Origin: an uncultured Bacilli bacterium
Lineage (GTDB): Bacteria; Bacillota_I; Bacilli_A; RF39; UBA660
Reading direction: 5' to 3'
Assembly: GCA_934183165.1 (NCBI GenBank)
Contig: CAKPRZ010000001.1
Span: forward strand, 54,820 to 118,819
DNA length: 64,000 nucleotides
Below, piece after piece: positions 18,912-28,720 of the stretch. The first letter of the stretch is position 1. Each line of letters begins with the position of its first letter. The position numbers were made by a program, and so were the translations under genes. The notes under the pieces are model-generated. The model saw nothing but the letters and a program-made list of their open reading frames with translations, was not told the DNA's origin and made no database searches.

Positions 18912-21239
18912 CTAACCTTTTACTCTTTTATTACCAGTCATTTTATATCCTTGGCTTATTAATGAAGAATCATTTTGAATTGTACTCCATTTTGTAGATG
19001 AGCCAGCTTTCTTAATTAATGTACGAGTTTTATATCTATAACTATATACATCTTTGAATTTCTCTTTTCTTGTTTCCTCATAACCGATTACCTTAGTATA
19101 AGTACTGAATGAATATGTTTTCTTTGTTTCATATCCAGTACATGTTACTTTAACACCTGTTGATAAAGTAATTGTATCAGTAGCAGTTACAGTACCAGCA
19201 GTTCTTGTATATACTTTAAATAATTTATAAGGAGTTGAATTACATTCGCTACCACATGCATTCCAATTCATTCCTGCATATACGTATTTAGTAGTTAAAG
19301 TGTCAGCTGGTTTTTCTTTTTTAGATATAGTTTTTAAATATGTCCATCCATCGTTAGATCCAACCTTAACAGCATATGTAATATTTTTGTTTGTTGTTGT
19401 ACGATAATAATTATATCCTTTACATACTTTTTCTGTTAATGATGCTGATTCTTTTATAACAGTACCATAAATTGGAGCCCCAACATTATATTCATATCCA
19501 TCGGATACTTGTTTCTTTCCTAAATCTTCTGTTATTTTAGTATCTGTTTTTCCAAACTTAGGTGGATTTGATGGATTATATGTTTTTGTTGTCCATCCAC
19601 TCCAATTACTATATTCATTATCCCAAGTTTTTAAATACTCATATTCATAAGTTATATCTTTTTTAATTACTTTAATACTACATACATTTGTATTTCCAGC
19701 ATTATCTTTTACATATCCATAGATTGTATGAGTTCCATTTGCAGTAATCTTGTATGTTGCATTATTTTTATATGTAGTTGATTTTCCAAGTCCAAACGAA
19801 TTCATTCCACTTGTTGCATCATATTTTGACTTAAAGCCAATTACTACATTACTTGTATAATGTCCATCATTATATGTACCCCTTTGAACATCCAAACTAC
19901 AATTTGGCTTTGTAGCATCTCTCTTTACTGAAATACTACATACTGCTGTATTTCCTTTCGAATCTTTTACATATCCATATACATTTTTTGATCCGTCTTG
20001 ACTTATTGTATAAGTATTTTTACCATTATAATTTGTACTAGTACCTATTCCATAAGCTGTTATCCTAGCTCCATTTGTTGTTTTCTTAGAAGCAAAGCTA
20101 ATTCCAACATTACTTACATACCAGTTATTATCACCTTTTTTACCTGATGATATTGTTAAACTACAAGATGGTTCAGAGTATTTACTTGGCTCTGTTTTTT
20201 CTTTAGTAACACTTAAGTCACATACAGCTTTATTACCAGCTCTATCTATAACATAACCATACACTTTTGTTGTTCCATTTTTAGTTACTACATAACTTGT
20301 TGATTTGTTATAAAGTGGTTTTGTTGCTGTTGTTACTCCATAATTTGAAATACCACTAGTTGCATCAACTCTACTATTAAATCCAACTTTTACATTTGAT
20401 ATATAATTGCCATTTGAATTCTTAGTTCCTGATAATACAGCTAAGCTACAACTTGGTTTTTTAGTATCTCTTTTAACTGCAACACTACATACAGCTGTTT
20501 TTCCTTTTGAATCTTTTACATATCCATATACTTTTGTCGTTCCATCAGATGTAACTTTGTAACTTGTTTTTCCATTATAATTTTTACTAGTACCTATTCC
20601 ATAAGATGTTATCTTGGCACCTTTTGTTGTTGATTTTGATTTAAATCTTACTGTTACATCACCAACATACCAACCATTTTCTCCACGTTTACCATCACTA
20701 ATTTCTAGAACACATGAAGGTCCTCCTGATGAAGTTGGTTTTGGTGTTGGATTTGATTTTCCACCACCTGTACCTTTTGAAGGTGTAGTTGGTTCTTCTT
20801 CTTTTTCACAAATTGCTGACTCACAATATGAATAGCATCCTAAGTGTACTATAATGTAATCTTCCTCTTCACTACATTTTAAATACACTTTCATCTCATA
20901 TTCATTTTCCATTTTAGTTAGTTTTACATATGAGTTTCTTGTATCACATGATTTACCATTTTTATCTTTAAATGGTAAAAGTAATTTCATATCAAGCATT
21001 TCTTGCAATGTTAAAGTAACAGAATCTCCCACATTCTGTGGTAACCTTTCTGTTGTAAAATAGCTTATTGCAGCATCTTTCATTTCTCCAACATTAGCAC
21101 TAAATATTTTACTATTTAAACCCGTTAAATCTGGTATTGGTAATAACCATACCAATAATAATACAAAGACAATTATTAAAATTAATTTTAATAAGAATTC
21201 CTTTAAAGGAAAGCTTCTTCTTTCTTCTTCTTCGTACAT
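18912..21239 (-). CDS. Large membrane-anchored cell-surface protein (775 aa) with four tandem ~90-aa Ig-like repeats.
   Basis: N-terminal TM (LILIIVFVLLLVWLL), a Pro/Thr/Gly linker, and repeats of the form PSC(V/S)L.IS.GK.G.N.WY...V...F.SK.TT.GA.IT.YGIGTS.NYNGK..Y........VYGYVKD..G..AVCS..V. Confidence 0.7.
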   Translation of the reverse strand: MYEEEERRSFPLKEFLLKLILIIVFVLLLVWLLPIPDLTGLNSKIFSANVGEMKDAAISYFTTERLPQNVGDSVTLTLQEMLDMKLLLPFKDKNGKSCDTRNSYVKLTKMENEYEMKVYLKCSEEEDYIIVHLGCYSYCESAICEKEEEPTTPSKGTGGGKSNPTPKPTSSGGPSCVLEISDGKRGENGWYVGDVTVRFKSKSTTKGAKITSYGIGTSKNYNGKTSYKVTSDGTTKVYGYVKDSKGKTAVCSVAVKRDTKKPSCSLAVLSGTKNSNGNYISNVKVGFNSRVDATSGISNYGVTTATKPLYNKSTSYVVTKNGTTKVYGYVIDRAGNKAVCDLSVTKEKTEPSKYSEPSCSLTISSGKKGDNNWYVSNVGISFASKKTTNGARITAYGIGTSTNYNGKNTYTISQDGSKNVYGYVKDSKGNTAVCSISVKRDATKPNCSLDVQRGTYNDGHYTSNVVIGFKSKYDATSGMNSFGLGKSTTYKNNATYKITANGTHTIYGYVKDNAGNTNVCSIKVIKKDITYEYEYLKTWDNEYSNWSGWTTKTYNPSNPPKFGKTDTKITEDLGKKQVSDGYEYNVGAPIYGTVIKESASLTEKVCKGYNYYRTTTNKNITYAVKVGSNDGWTYLKTISKKEKPADTLTTKYVYAGMNWNACGSECNSTPYKLFKVYTRTAGTVTATDTITLSTGVKVTCTGYETKKTYSFSTYTKVIGYEETRKEKFKDVYSYRYKTRTLIKKAGSSTKWSTIQNDSSLISQGYKMTGNKRVKG
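19607..20717. repeat. Four tandem ~280-bp intragenic direct repeats encoding the Ig-like modules (approximate bounds).
   Basis: The repeated protein modules derive from nucleotide-level repeats (e.g. recurring ...ccatatac...ttgtaccat... blocks). Confidence 0.55.
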
Positions 21240-21240
21240 A

Positions 21241-21546
21241 TCAGTATCCCCCTCTCACTTGTGGTGTATTATAACACTTTTTATTATTTTTGTCAATCGA
21301 ATTATTAATTTCAACTACTGTGCATCCTACATTAAAATTATCTAAATAAAATTTACTCACTAATCTATTTCTTTTCAATTCATTATGCACTTCCTTTTTT
21401 AATATACCTTGACCAATTCCATGAACAATAAGAACTTTTTTATTTTTCATGCGATAATTATCAGTAATAAAATCTTTTACTAATATTCTTGCAACATCTT
21501 TTGTTTCACCATGTAAATCAAGGCTAGGAATATTATCACTAAACAT
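21241..21546 (-). CDS. Smr (small MutS-related) domain protein.
   Basis: LDLHGETKDVARILVKDFI ... VLIVHGIGQGILKKEVHNELK matches the Smr LDLHG...HGKG signature. Its stop abuts the start of the 775-aa gene. Confidence 0.6.
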   Translation of the reverse strand: MFSDNIPSLDLHGETKDVARILVKDFITDNYRMKNKKVLIVHGIGQGILKKEVHNELKRNRLVSKFYLDNFNVGCTVVEINNSIDKNNKKCYNTPQVRGGY

Positions 21547-21766
21547 TATACTATTCCACCCTGTTTAATTATATCAAAAATATTAAATAGTTAAAAGATG
21601 TTTTTAGAAAAAATATAAAGGAATATAAAAAATCATATTCACTACTAAAGAATAAAAAAAGAGATGATTTTAGCAGTTAAACATTTAAAATCATTCTTAT
21701 TTTGATATTTTGCTTCTACTTTGAATCTGCTGAAAATTGTATTTTTTAACTATTTAATTTATATTA

Positions 21767-22801
21767 TTATTTATTTTTATCTTTTTTATACTTTTTATTT
21801 ATCCACTCAACAGTATCCCTTATTGTATCTTTCATATTTCTATTTTTAAATTCTAACTTTTCTTTAGCTTTTTCATTACTAAAATTAGCATTAGAAGATA
21901 ATGTATATAGTGAATACTTTGTAAAAAGTGGAGTTTGTTTCTTTAAATTATAATATACTTCAAATAAAGGTGCTATTAATTTTGCAAGACCTATTGGTAA
22001 TACAATTTTAATCTTTTTTCTTCCTTGCACATCACAAATTAAATCACATAATTCCTTAATTGTTATATATCTATTTGATAAGATATAGCATTCACCATTA
22101 GTACCATTTTTACAAGCACTAATAACACCATCTGCTACATCTCTTACATCGACAAAATCATATCCACCTTTTACACAAGCAAATAACTTGCCATTTGTAA
22201 CTTCTTTTACTAGTTGTGTTAAGTGACTATTGCCAAAATCATTTGGACCTATAATACCAGATGGATGAATTATACAAGCGTTTAAATTTTTGCTCTTTAC
22301 TGCATCAATTACATACCTTGCAGCTTTTGCTTTTGTTTTTGCATATAACCCCTCGACATTATCAGGATTAAAATTAGTTATCTCTGTTATTAATCCATTG
22401 TTAGGTTGTTCTGGGATTGCATGAACACTACTAATATAGATAAGTTTTGCTTTTGACTCTATTACCTTATCTACTATATTTTTAGTTCCATTAACATTAA
22501 CATTATAAACAAGTGGATTGTATTTTGATTTTATATATACTACTGCAGCACAATGAATTACAAAAACTTCTTTTCCATCAGTGTTTTCAAAAATTGATGA
22601 TAAAGTTTCTTTTTTAGTTACATCACCATAGTATATTTTACATTTTAATTTTTCTAGTGATTTAATAGAATCACCTTTTAATACAAAAGCCCTAATTTCA
22701 TTATCAGCATCTTGCTCTAGCTTTCTTATAATGTTATTACCTAAAAAACCATTTGCTCCTGTTATTATATAGATCTTTTTCACAATATTTATCATAACCA
22801 C
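21767..22801 (-). CDS. NAD-dependent epimerase/dehydratase (extended SDR family).
   Basis: Rossmann motif ITGANGFLGNNIIRKL and a YxxxK region (YAKTKAKAARYV). Confidence 0.8.
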   Translation of the reverse strand: MVMINIVKKIYIITGANGFLGNNIIRKLEQDADNEIRAFVLKGDSIKSLEKLKCKIYYGDVTKKETLSSIFENTDGKEVFVIHCAAVVYIKSKYNPLVYNVNVNGTKNIVDKVIESKAKLIYISSVHAIPEQPNNGLITEITNFNPDNVEGLYAKTKAKAARYVIDAVKSKNLNACIIHPSGIIGPNDFGNSHLTQLVKEVTNGKLFACVKGGYDFVDVRDVADGVISACKNGTNGECYILSNRYITIKELCDLICDVQGRKKIKIVLPIGLAKLIAPLFEVYYNLKKQTPLFTKYSLYTLSSNANFSNEKAKEKLEFKNRNMKDTIRDTVEWINKKYKKDKNK

Positions 22802-23133
22802 CCCATTCTAAAAAATAAATCTAATATCTCTTTTATATAATTATACCACAAGTTCACGATTGTTTTTTAAGAAGTATATGGATAGCAAAATAAAAAAGAT
22901 ATTTCTTTAGTTGAAATACCTTTTGGCCTTCCCATTTTATCATCTCCCTAATCTAAATTATAACAAGAAAAGTAGATCACATCTTTTTTATATGTCTACT
23001 TTTAATTTACCACTTCATCAAAATAATTTAATCCTCTTTTTTTATTTTTAACAATATAGAAGCTTAACTAATCCTGAACTTGTACATCCACATAAATTCT
23101 ACTATATAATCTTCAATACTTTTTATAAAATTA

Positions 23134-23604
23134 TTATTCTGTAAATGAACTAGGATGATATGCTGTAATTCCTAATTCTTCTGCTTTTCTCAAAACATCC
23201 AATCTATCATCTACAAATACTGTTTGTTTTATATTAATGTTATAATGTTTACAGCATTCAATTATGACTTCTGGTTTCAATAATGTAGAACATATAAAAA
23301 ACACATTTTCTCTTTTTATATTTGGATAGTATTCAGATAACCATTTATATTTTTGCTCTATTTCATTATTAGTAACAAATGAACCCAATACAAAGATTTT
23401 ATTACTATCCAAATTTTCTATAACTTTTTGCATTGTTTTTAGTGGTCTAGCTTTATAAAATAAATCATTAAACAATAAATCTTCAAGTGATTGACATCCT
23501 AGTTCAGAACATCCACCACCATATAGTCTATTTTTATATCTATACTCAGATAGTGTTCCATCAATATCAAAAAACACATATTTTTCTTTTAACTTTTCAA
23601 TCAT
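23134..23604 (-). CDS. HAD-superfamily hydrolase (small, nucleotidase-like).
   Basis: Motif I FFDIDGTL (DxDxT). Confidence 0.55.
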   Translation of the reverse strand: MIEKLKEKYVFFDIDGTLSEYRYKNRLYGGGCSELGCQSLEDLLFNDLFYKARPLKTMQKVIENLDSNKIFVLGSFVTNNEIEQKYKWLSEYYPNIKRENVFFICSTLLKPEVIIECCKHYNINIKQTVFVDDRLDVLRKAEELGITAYHPSSFTE

Positions 23605-23852
23605 ACTTACTACTCCTAACGTTATATTAAAACCAATATAGTTGTGCTACATTTTCAAAAATTTTATAAACTTTCATTGAGTAAAAATTAACAACATTAT
23701 CTTTATTACTATATAATTATTTTAATTTTAACATACATAAATTTTTATTGCAAAGGTTTCATACAAAAAGCAAAAAAGGGAAAATTATCAAAACACTTTA
23801 ATAATTTTCCACTACTTTTTTAAGGCTATCAAATATATGAAGTATTCTAATT

Positions 23853-24197
23853 TTACTTTTTACTAATTAATGATATTTCAATACCTAAAACTCCATATTC
23901 TTTTTCTTTTTCGGGAGAATAGTATTGATGCATTGCTTCAGTTTTTCTCTTTATTTCTTCTTCATTAGAAATTAACTTTCTAAACAAATTTTCAAATGTA
24001 TCTTCCCTATATAATTCAACAACATCTACCAATAATTTTTCCTTTAAATCTGGTAATTTTGAAAATTCGATTTTGTCTTCAATTTTTATTTGTTGTCTTT
24101 TTTCATCATACAATCTAAATTCGATTGTTTTTGTTCCATTTTTAATTCTTTCAAATGGGCTTTCATTCAATTTCATTTTGTGTAGCATATATACCAT
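23853..24197 (-). CDS. ASCH-domain protein.
   Basis: N-terminal pattern F..I..GTKTIEFRLYDEKR..I..GD.IEF, typical of ASCH/PUA-like domains. Confidence 0.5.
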   Translation of the reverse strand: MVYMLHKMKLNESPFERIKNGTKTIEFRLYDEKRQQIKIEDKIEFSKLPDLKEKLLVDVVELYREDTFENLFRKLISNEEEIKRKTEAMHQYYSPEKEKEYGVLGIEISLISKK

Positions 24198-24445
24198 ACC
24201 TCCTACATTTATTTACAAAATAACCTTTACTTTTAAATTTGGCAAAAAGTCAAAGCCATTAAATAATTTAGTAATTAAACCAATATAATTGTACTATAAA
24301 ATATTAAGTCATTCAATACTTCATCAAGATTCATCATTGGGTTATAAACTTATTTTCAAATGATATATCTTATGATATTATAAAAGTAATGAGGAGACAA
24401 TAAATCAAATCAGTTAAAAAATTATTGTTAAGGAGATGCTAATTT

Positions 24446-25420
24446 ATGGAAAAAAATATCGACAAAATCTATTATGATATGGAAAACTTTGAAAATAATG
24501 CAGCTATTGATACATTAAACAGAATGTATTTTGATAAAATAATTAATCCATATAAAAGCAGTGAAAAAATAATTGATATGCATACCCATACTAATTACTC
24601 AGATGGCGATTTATCACCTCAAGAATTAATAAGATTGGCAATAGACAAAAGAGTTGGAACTCTAGCTATAACTGATCATGATACTATTGAAGGAGTTAAA
24701 AAAATTAATAGAAATGAAAAGTTAATTGTAGATAGTGGAATAGAAATTATTAACGGTATTGAATTATCTACAAAAACCAATAAAGGGGTTATGCATATCT
24801 TAGGTTATGATATTGATCTAAATAGCCAAGAATTAAATAGAAAAATGATAGAATTGAAAGATAACAGCATTGATTCAGTGTTATCAATAATGGAACAAAT
24901 AAAAAGAGATTATGGAATTAGGTTTAGCTATGAAGATATAAAAGAATTAGTTAATGCTAACCATAATTTAGGTCGTCCAGATTTAGCTAAGCTTTGTGTT
25001 AAATATGGATATGCAGCAACATCACAAGAAGCATTTTCCAAATATTTAATAGAAGCTTATAACAAAACAAGGCAAATTAGTAAATATTTACAGTATCAAG
25101 AATGTTTAGAACTAATAAATAATAGTGGTGGTATCCCAGTCCTAGCCCATCCAAAATCATTAGAATTATCAGAAAAAGAATTTTTAATTACACTAAAAGA
25201 TATGATTGATTGTGGATTAAAAGGTATTGAGGTATATCACTCAAGTCATTCACAAGAAGAAATGTCTTATTATTTAGAAATAGCAAATAGATACAACCTA
25301 TTAATAAGTGGTGGTAGCGATTTTCATGGTAAAACAATTAAACCTAATATTGACCTAGGTACAGGAAAAGACAATAATATCAAAATTAAAAAATTATCAT
25401 TGCTTGATGCATTACATTAA
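24446..25420 (+). CDS. PHP-domain (polymerase/histidinol-phosphatase-like) metal-dependent phosphoesterase.
   Basis: IDMHTHTNYSDGDLSPQELIRLA ... ITDHDT ... HPKS ... GGSDFHG. Confidence 0.8.
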   Translation: MEKNIDKIYYDMENFENNAAIDTLNRMYFDKIINPYKSSEKIIDMHTHTNYSDGDLSPQELIRLAIDKRVGTLAITDHDTIEGVKKINRNEKLIVDSGIEIINGIELSTKTNKGVMHILGYDIDLNSQELNRKMIELKDNSIDSVLSIMEQIKRDYGIRFSYEDIKELVNANHNLGRPDLAKLCVKYGYAATSQEAFSKYLIEAYNKTRQISKYLQYQECLELINNSGGIPVLAHPKSLELSEKEFLITLKDMIDCGLKGIEVYHSSHSQEEMSYYLEIANRYNLLISGGSDFHGKTIKPNIDLGTGKDNNIKIKKLSLLDALH

Positions 25421-25438
25421 TAATATTTAAGAAAACAA

Positions 25439-25469
25439 AAACAATCTAAATCATAATCTTAGATTGTTT
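25439..25469. terminator. Bidirectional terminator (aaacaatctaa-N9-ttagattgttt) between the PHP gene and the Cys-rich peptide gene.
   Basis: Perfect 11-bp inverted repeat flanked by A- and T-runs. Confidence 0.5.
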
Positions 25470-25504
25470 TTTAGTGGAAAATATTTTGAGTTTACTAAAT
25501 ACTA

Positions 25505-25687
25505 TTATTTACAACATTCACATTTTGATTTGTTATCTTGACAACCGCATGTACAATCATCGTCGCAAGTGCAGTTTCCTTCTTCACATCCACAAGTACA
25601 TTTTACATCTTCACAGGTACATTCCATACCTTCTTGGCATCCGCATGTACAAGTATCCATGCAAGTATTCTTTTCTTCTTCTTTCAT
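25505..25687 (-). CDS. Cys-rich metallothionein-like peptide (60 aa, ~17 Cys) with three tandem (T/K/D)CTCGC(Q/E)(E/D) repeats.
   Basis: MKEEEKNTCMDTCTCGCQEGMECTCEDVKCTCGCEEGNCTCDDDCTCGCQDNKSKCECCK. SD AGGAGGG lies 6 nt upstream of the internal ATG at 25687. It follows the CsoR-like gene by 10 nt. Confidence 0.6.
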   Translation of the reverse strand: MKEEEKNTCMDTCTCGCQEGMECTCEDVKCTCGCEEGNCTCDDDCTCGCQDNKSKCECCK

Positions 25688-25697
25688 TATATCCCTC

Positions 25698-25982
25698 CTA
25701 ATCATTAAATCTTTTAAATAAACTTGTTAATTCATCAATGACTTCTTCATTTTTTATATCATCTGAAATACACCTATAAATATGGTTTTCAAACATAAGA
25801 TTAGCTAAACTCTTTAAAGATTTTTCACAAGCAACTATTTGAATTAATATATCATTACAATATCCATCTTCTTCTATCATTTTTTTAATTCCAGAAAGTT
25901 GCCCACTAATTCTATTAATCCTACTTAATAACTGTCTTTTTTCTTCATCATTTCTTTCAGTTTTTTTACAACCTTCACTCAT
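25698..25982 (-). CDS. csoR: CsoR/RcnR-family metal-sensing transcriptional repressor.
   Basis: RINRISGQLSGIKKMIEEDGYCNDILIQIVACEKSLKSLANLMFENHIYRCIS carries the CsoR signature (R..G..Q...M......C.D.L.Q..A) with Cys and His ligand positions. The start may be 25997 or 25982. Confidence 0.75.
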   Translation of the reverse strand: MSEGCKKTERNDEEKRQLLSRINRISGQLSGIKKMIEEDGYCNDILIQIVACEKSLKSLANLMFENHIYRCISDDIKNEEVIDELTSLFKRFND

Positions 25983-26052
25983 ATTTTCCACCACCAATCC
26001 AATTATATTTTAAAACATATTAAAAAGTAAATGAGGGGGTATATTTATTAAA

Positions 26053-26892
26053 TCATTTTAAATCCAAAGCATTTTTAGGACACTTTCTAATACAATTACA
26101 ACATAATATACATTCAGTACCATTTTTCCTTTTTCTTGAATCAGTTAACATATCAACATTCATTGGACAACTCCTTATACATTTTTTACAATTAATACAT
26201 TTATCATGATTACATTTAATGCGTAAATAAGAAAAATAACTAGCTGGTTTTAGAAAAATAGTTATAGGACAAATATATTTACAAAAAGCCCTATTATCTT
26301 TATAAATATATGCCAAGGCAATTCCTAAAACATAATATACGATATTTCCAATTATAAATGACCAAAACATTATATTATCTAAATTATCTACTTTAAATAT
26401 AAATAGTGAGATAACAAAAGTTAATGATAATAAGAATACTATATATCTAATCCACCCTAACTTTTTTCTATTAGATTTTGGTATTTTATATGGAAGTAAA
26501 TCTAGTATCATTCCAGTCCAACAAGCATACCCACACCATCCTCTACCAAAAAATAAAGGTCCAGCTATTTTAGCTACAAAATAATGTATAGTTGCCGCTT
26601 CAAACACCCCTAAAAATAGATAATACCAAAATCCTTCAATCTGCATATTTTCTCTACATATAACTCCCAAATATATAAGCATATATAATCCAACTGCAAA
26701 TTGAACAAAGCTTCTTGCATATTTTACTTTATGTGATACTAAATAAAGTCCAACTGAAACACATATTCCTATATAGTTAAAATTTAATAAATAGAAAATC
26801 TTTTTAGTTGATATGAATAACGATATTGCAACAACCTCAAATATTAACATCATTATTAAAACAATTTTATTTTCTCTAAACCATTTAAACAT
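26053..26892 (-). CDS. NapH/MauN/CcoG-superfamily membrane polyferredoxin (4 TM, two CX3CP loops, 2x[4Fe-4S] C-terminal domain).
   Basis: FFGRGWCGYACWTG and FCKYICPIT loop motifs. C-terminal CINCKKCIRSCP ... CILCCNCIRKCP ferredoxin motifs. Confidence 0.7.
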   Translation of the reverse strand: MFKWFRENKIVLIMMLIFEVVAISLFISTKKIFYLLNFNYIGICVSVGLYLVSHKVKYARSFVQFAVGLYMLIYLGVICRENMQIEGFWYYLFLGVFEAATIHYFVAKIAGPLFFGRGWCGYACWTGMILDLLPYKIPKSNRKKLGWIRYIVFLLSLTFVISLFIFKVDNLDNIMFWSFIIGNIVYYVLGIALAYIYKDNRAFCKYICPITIFLKPASYFSYLRIKCNHDKCINCKKCIRSCPMNVDMLTDSRKRKNGTECILCCNCIRKCPKNALDLK

Positions 26893-26929
26893 TTATTATT
26901 TACCTCATATAACTAATATTTTTATAATG

Positions 26930-27124
26930 TTATTTATTATTTTTTGACATATAAGTAACTGTTAGAATTATACCAATAAAGTTACATCCTATCGATAATC
27001 CTACTAACAACCCACTACTAAAATCACTAAAAGAGCTTGAACTATTACCATTAAAATACATATATGCCAAATATAACAAATTTCCTAATATAATTAATGA
27101 TATTCCTGTTTTTAATTTTTTCAT
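26930..27124 (-). CDS. Small two-TM membrane protein (64 aa).
   Basis: Two hydrophobic helices. Sits upstream, on the minus strand, of the ferredoxin gene. Confidence 0.4.
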   Translation of the reverse strand: MKKLKTGISLIILGNLLYLAYMYFNGNSSSSFSDFSSGLLVGLSIGCNFIGIILTVTYMSKNNK

Positions 27125-27217
27125 AAATTAACCTCCTTAATTATTTTAATTCTTATAATTTAGTAATTCTAATTTTAGCTTATCATATACTTTAGTTTCA
27201 AGTTTTGATTTTTTCTT

Positions 27218-28720
27218 TCATTTTTCTTTTATTAAACCATTTGGTGTTAAAATATATAAATTATTTATTACCTCACTAATATATTTTCGATCATGAGATA
27301 CACTTATAATTGTTCCTTTATATTCACTTAATACCTTTCTAATAATTGGATTAGATAAAGGACTAACATTTCTTGTAGGTTCATCCAGTATTAAAACATT
27401 GCATTTATCTAATACCAATTTAACAAGGAATAATTTTGCTTTCGTCCCATTACTCAAAGTTTTTATTTTACCTAGCATTTCTTCTTTAGTAAATTTCATG
27501 TTTCCCAAAAAAATTCTTGCTTTAGTAATTGCTTCTTTATTAGCATTTAAAGAAAGAAATTCCAATACATATTCATAATTATTTAGAATATCATCATATG
27601 TTTGAGGCATATAGCCAACTTTAATATCTGCTCTATCTTTTAGCTCATTATAAATTGCTTTTATTAATGTTGATTTCCCAACACCATTTTTGCCAATAAT
27701 ACATAGATGAGTATTACCAACTATATCTAATTTTATATTCTTAGATAAAATTTTATCATGTACTTTTAATTGATCTATATTTAAATTAATTATATTCTTT
27801 GTTTTTGGAACATCTAATTCTTCAAAAAAGAAATTAATACTTTCTTCAACATCTGGCATTTCAGTTAATTCAATACTGTCCATTTTTCTTTCTTGTGATT
27901 TTAAAGAATGCATTTTCTTTTTTAAGACCTTCGCACCATGTGGATCTTTTCTTGAAATCGTATTTTGTTGATATTCAACCTTTTGCATTATTCTTTGTAA
28001 TTTTTCTTGTTGTTTGTTTAATTCTCTTTTTTCAGTTTTTGCAATTTGCATTTGATGTTCTAATCTTCTAATTCTTTGTTCAACATATGTATCATAATCA
28101 ATTTTTAAAAGAGTATGTTTACAATCCTTTTTCTTTTTAACTTGTTCTAAATGTAAAATCATATTTGCAGTATTAGATAATAATGTCTCATCATGAGAAA
28201 CATAAATAATTGGTTTGTCCGTACTATTAATGAAGTCTTCCAACCACTCTAAAGTTTCGATATCTAAATCATTGGTAGGTTCATCTAAAAATAAAATATC
28301 ATATTCATTCAATAATAGTTTTAAAATACTGATTTTTACTTTTTCACCACCAGATAATGTTTTTATTCTCTGCTTCAATATTTCATCACTTAAATGAATT
28401 AAATTTAAATATTTATATAAATTATTAAGATTATTGTAATAATCGATTTCATTTATAAATAAAAAATCATAACCATTCTTATCCAAATCTTTTTCATTTA
28501 TTGATTGTTCTAAATAACCAATTCTATTATTTTTAAAGTTAATACTTCCACTTACTTCTATGTATTCACCCTTTCCTAGAATAGTTTTTAATAAAGTAGA
28601 CTTTCCATTTCCTTCTTCACCAATAATGGCAAGTTTATCTCCACGATTCAATACTAAATTTAAATTTTTAACTAAATATCTACCATTAATAGATATACTT
28701 AAATCTTTTATCTCTAACAT
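27218..28720 (-). CDS. ABC-F family ATPase (two ABC domains, no TMD).
   Basis: Walker A GEEGNGKSTLLK and GKNGVGKSTLIK. Signatures LSGGEKVKISI and LSNGTKAKLFL. A charged ~80-aa inter-domain linker. SD AAAGGAGG. Confidence 0.85.
   Translation of the reverse strand: MLEIKDLSISINGRYLVKNLNLVLNRGDKLAIIGEEGNGKSTLLKTILGKGEYIEVSGSINFKNNRIGYLEQSINEKDLDKNGYDFLFINEIDYYNNLNNLYKYLNLIHLSDEILKQRIKTLSGGEKVKISILKLLLNEYDILFLDEPTNDLDIETLEWLEDFINSTDKPIIYVSHDETLLSNTANMILHLEQVKKKKDCKHTLLKIDYDTYVEQRIRRLEHQMQIAKTEKRELNKQQEKLQRIMQKVEYQQNTISRKDPHGAKVLKKKMHSLKSQERKMDSIELTEMPDVEESINFFFEELDVPKTKNIINLNIDQLKVHDKILSKNIKLDIVGNTHLCIIGKNGVGKSTLIKAIYNELKDRADIKVGYMPQTYDDILNNYEYVLEFLSLNANKEAITKARIFLGNMKFTKEEMLGKIKTLSNGTKAKLFLVKLVLDKCNVLILDEPTRNVSPLSNPIIRKVLSEYKGTIISVSHDRKYISEVINNLYILTPNGLIKEK

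Noticed and set aside
25474-25701. Plus-strand 75-aa ORF overlapping the Cys-rich peptide gene.
   Set aside because: The minus-strand frame has a strong SD, operon context with csoR and a striking repeat structure. The plus frame is His/Tyr/Leu-rich antisense noise.
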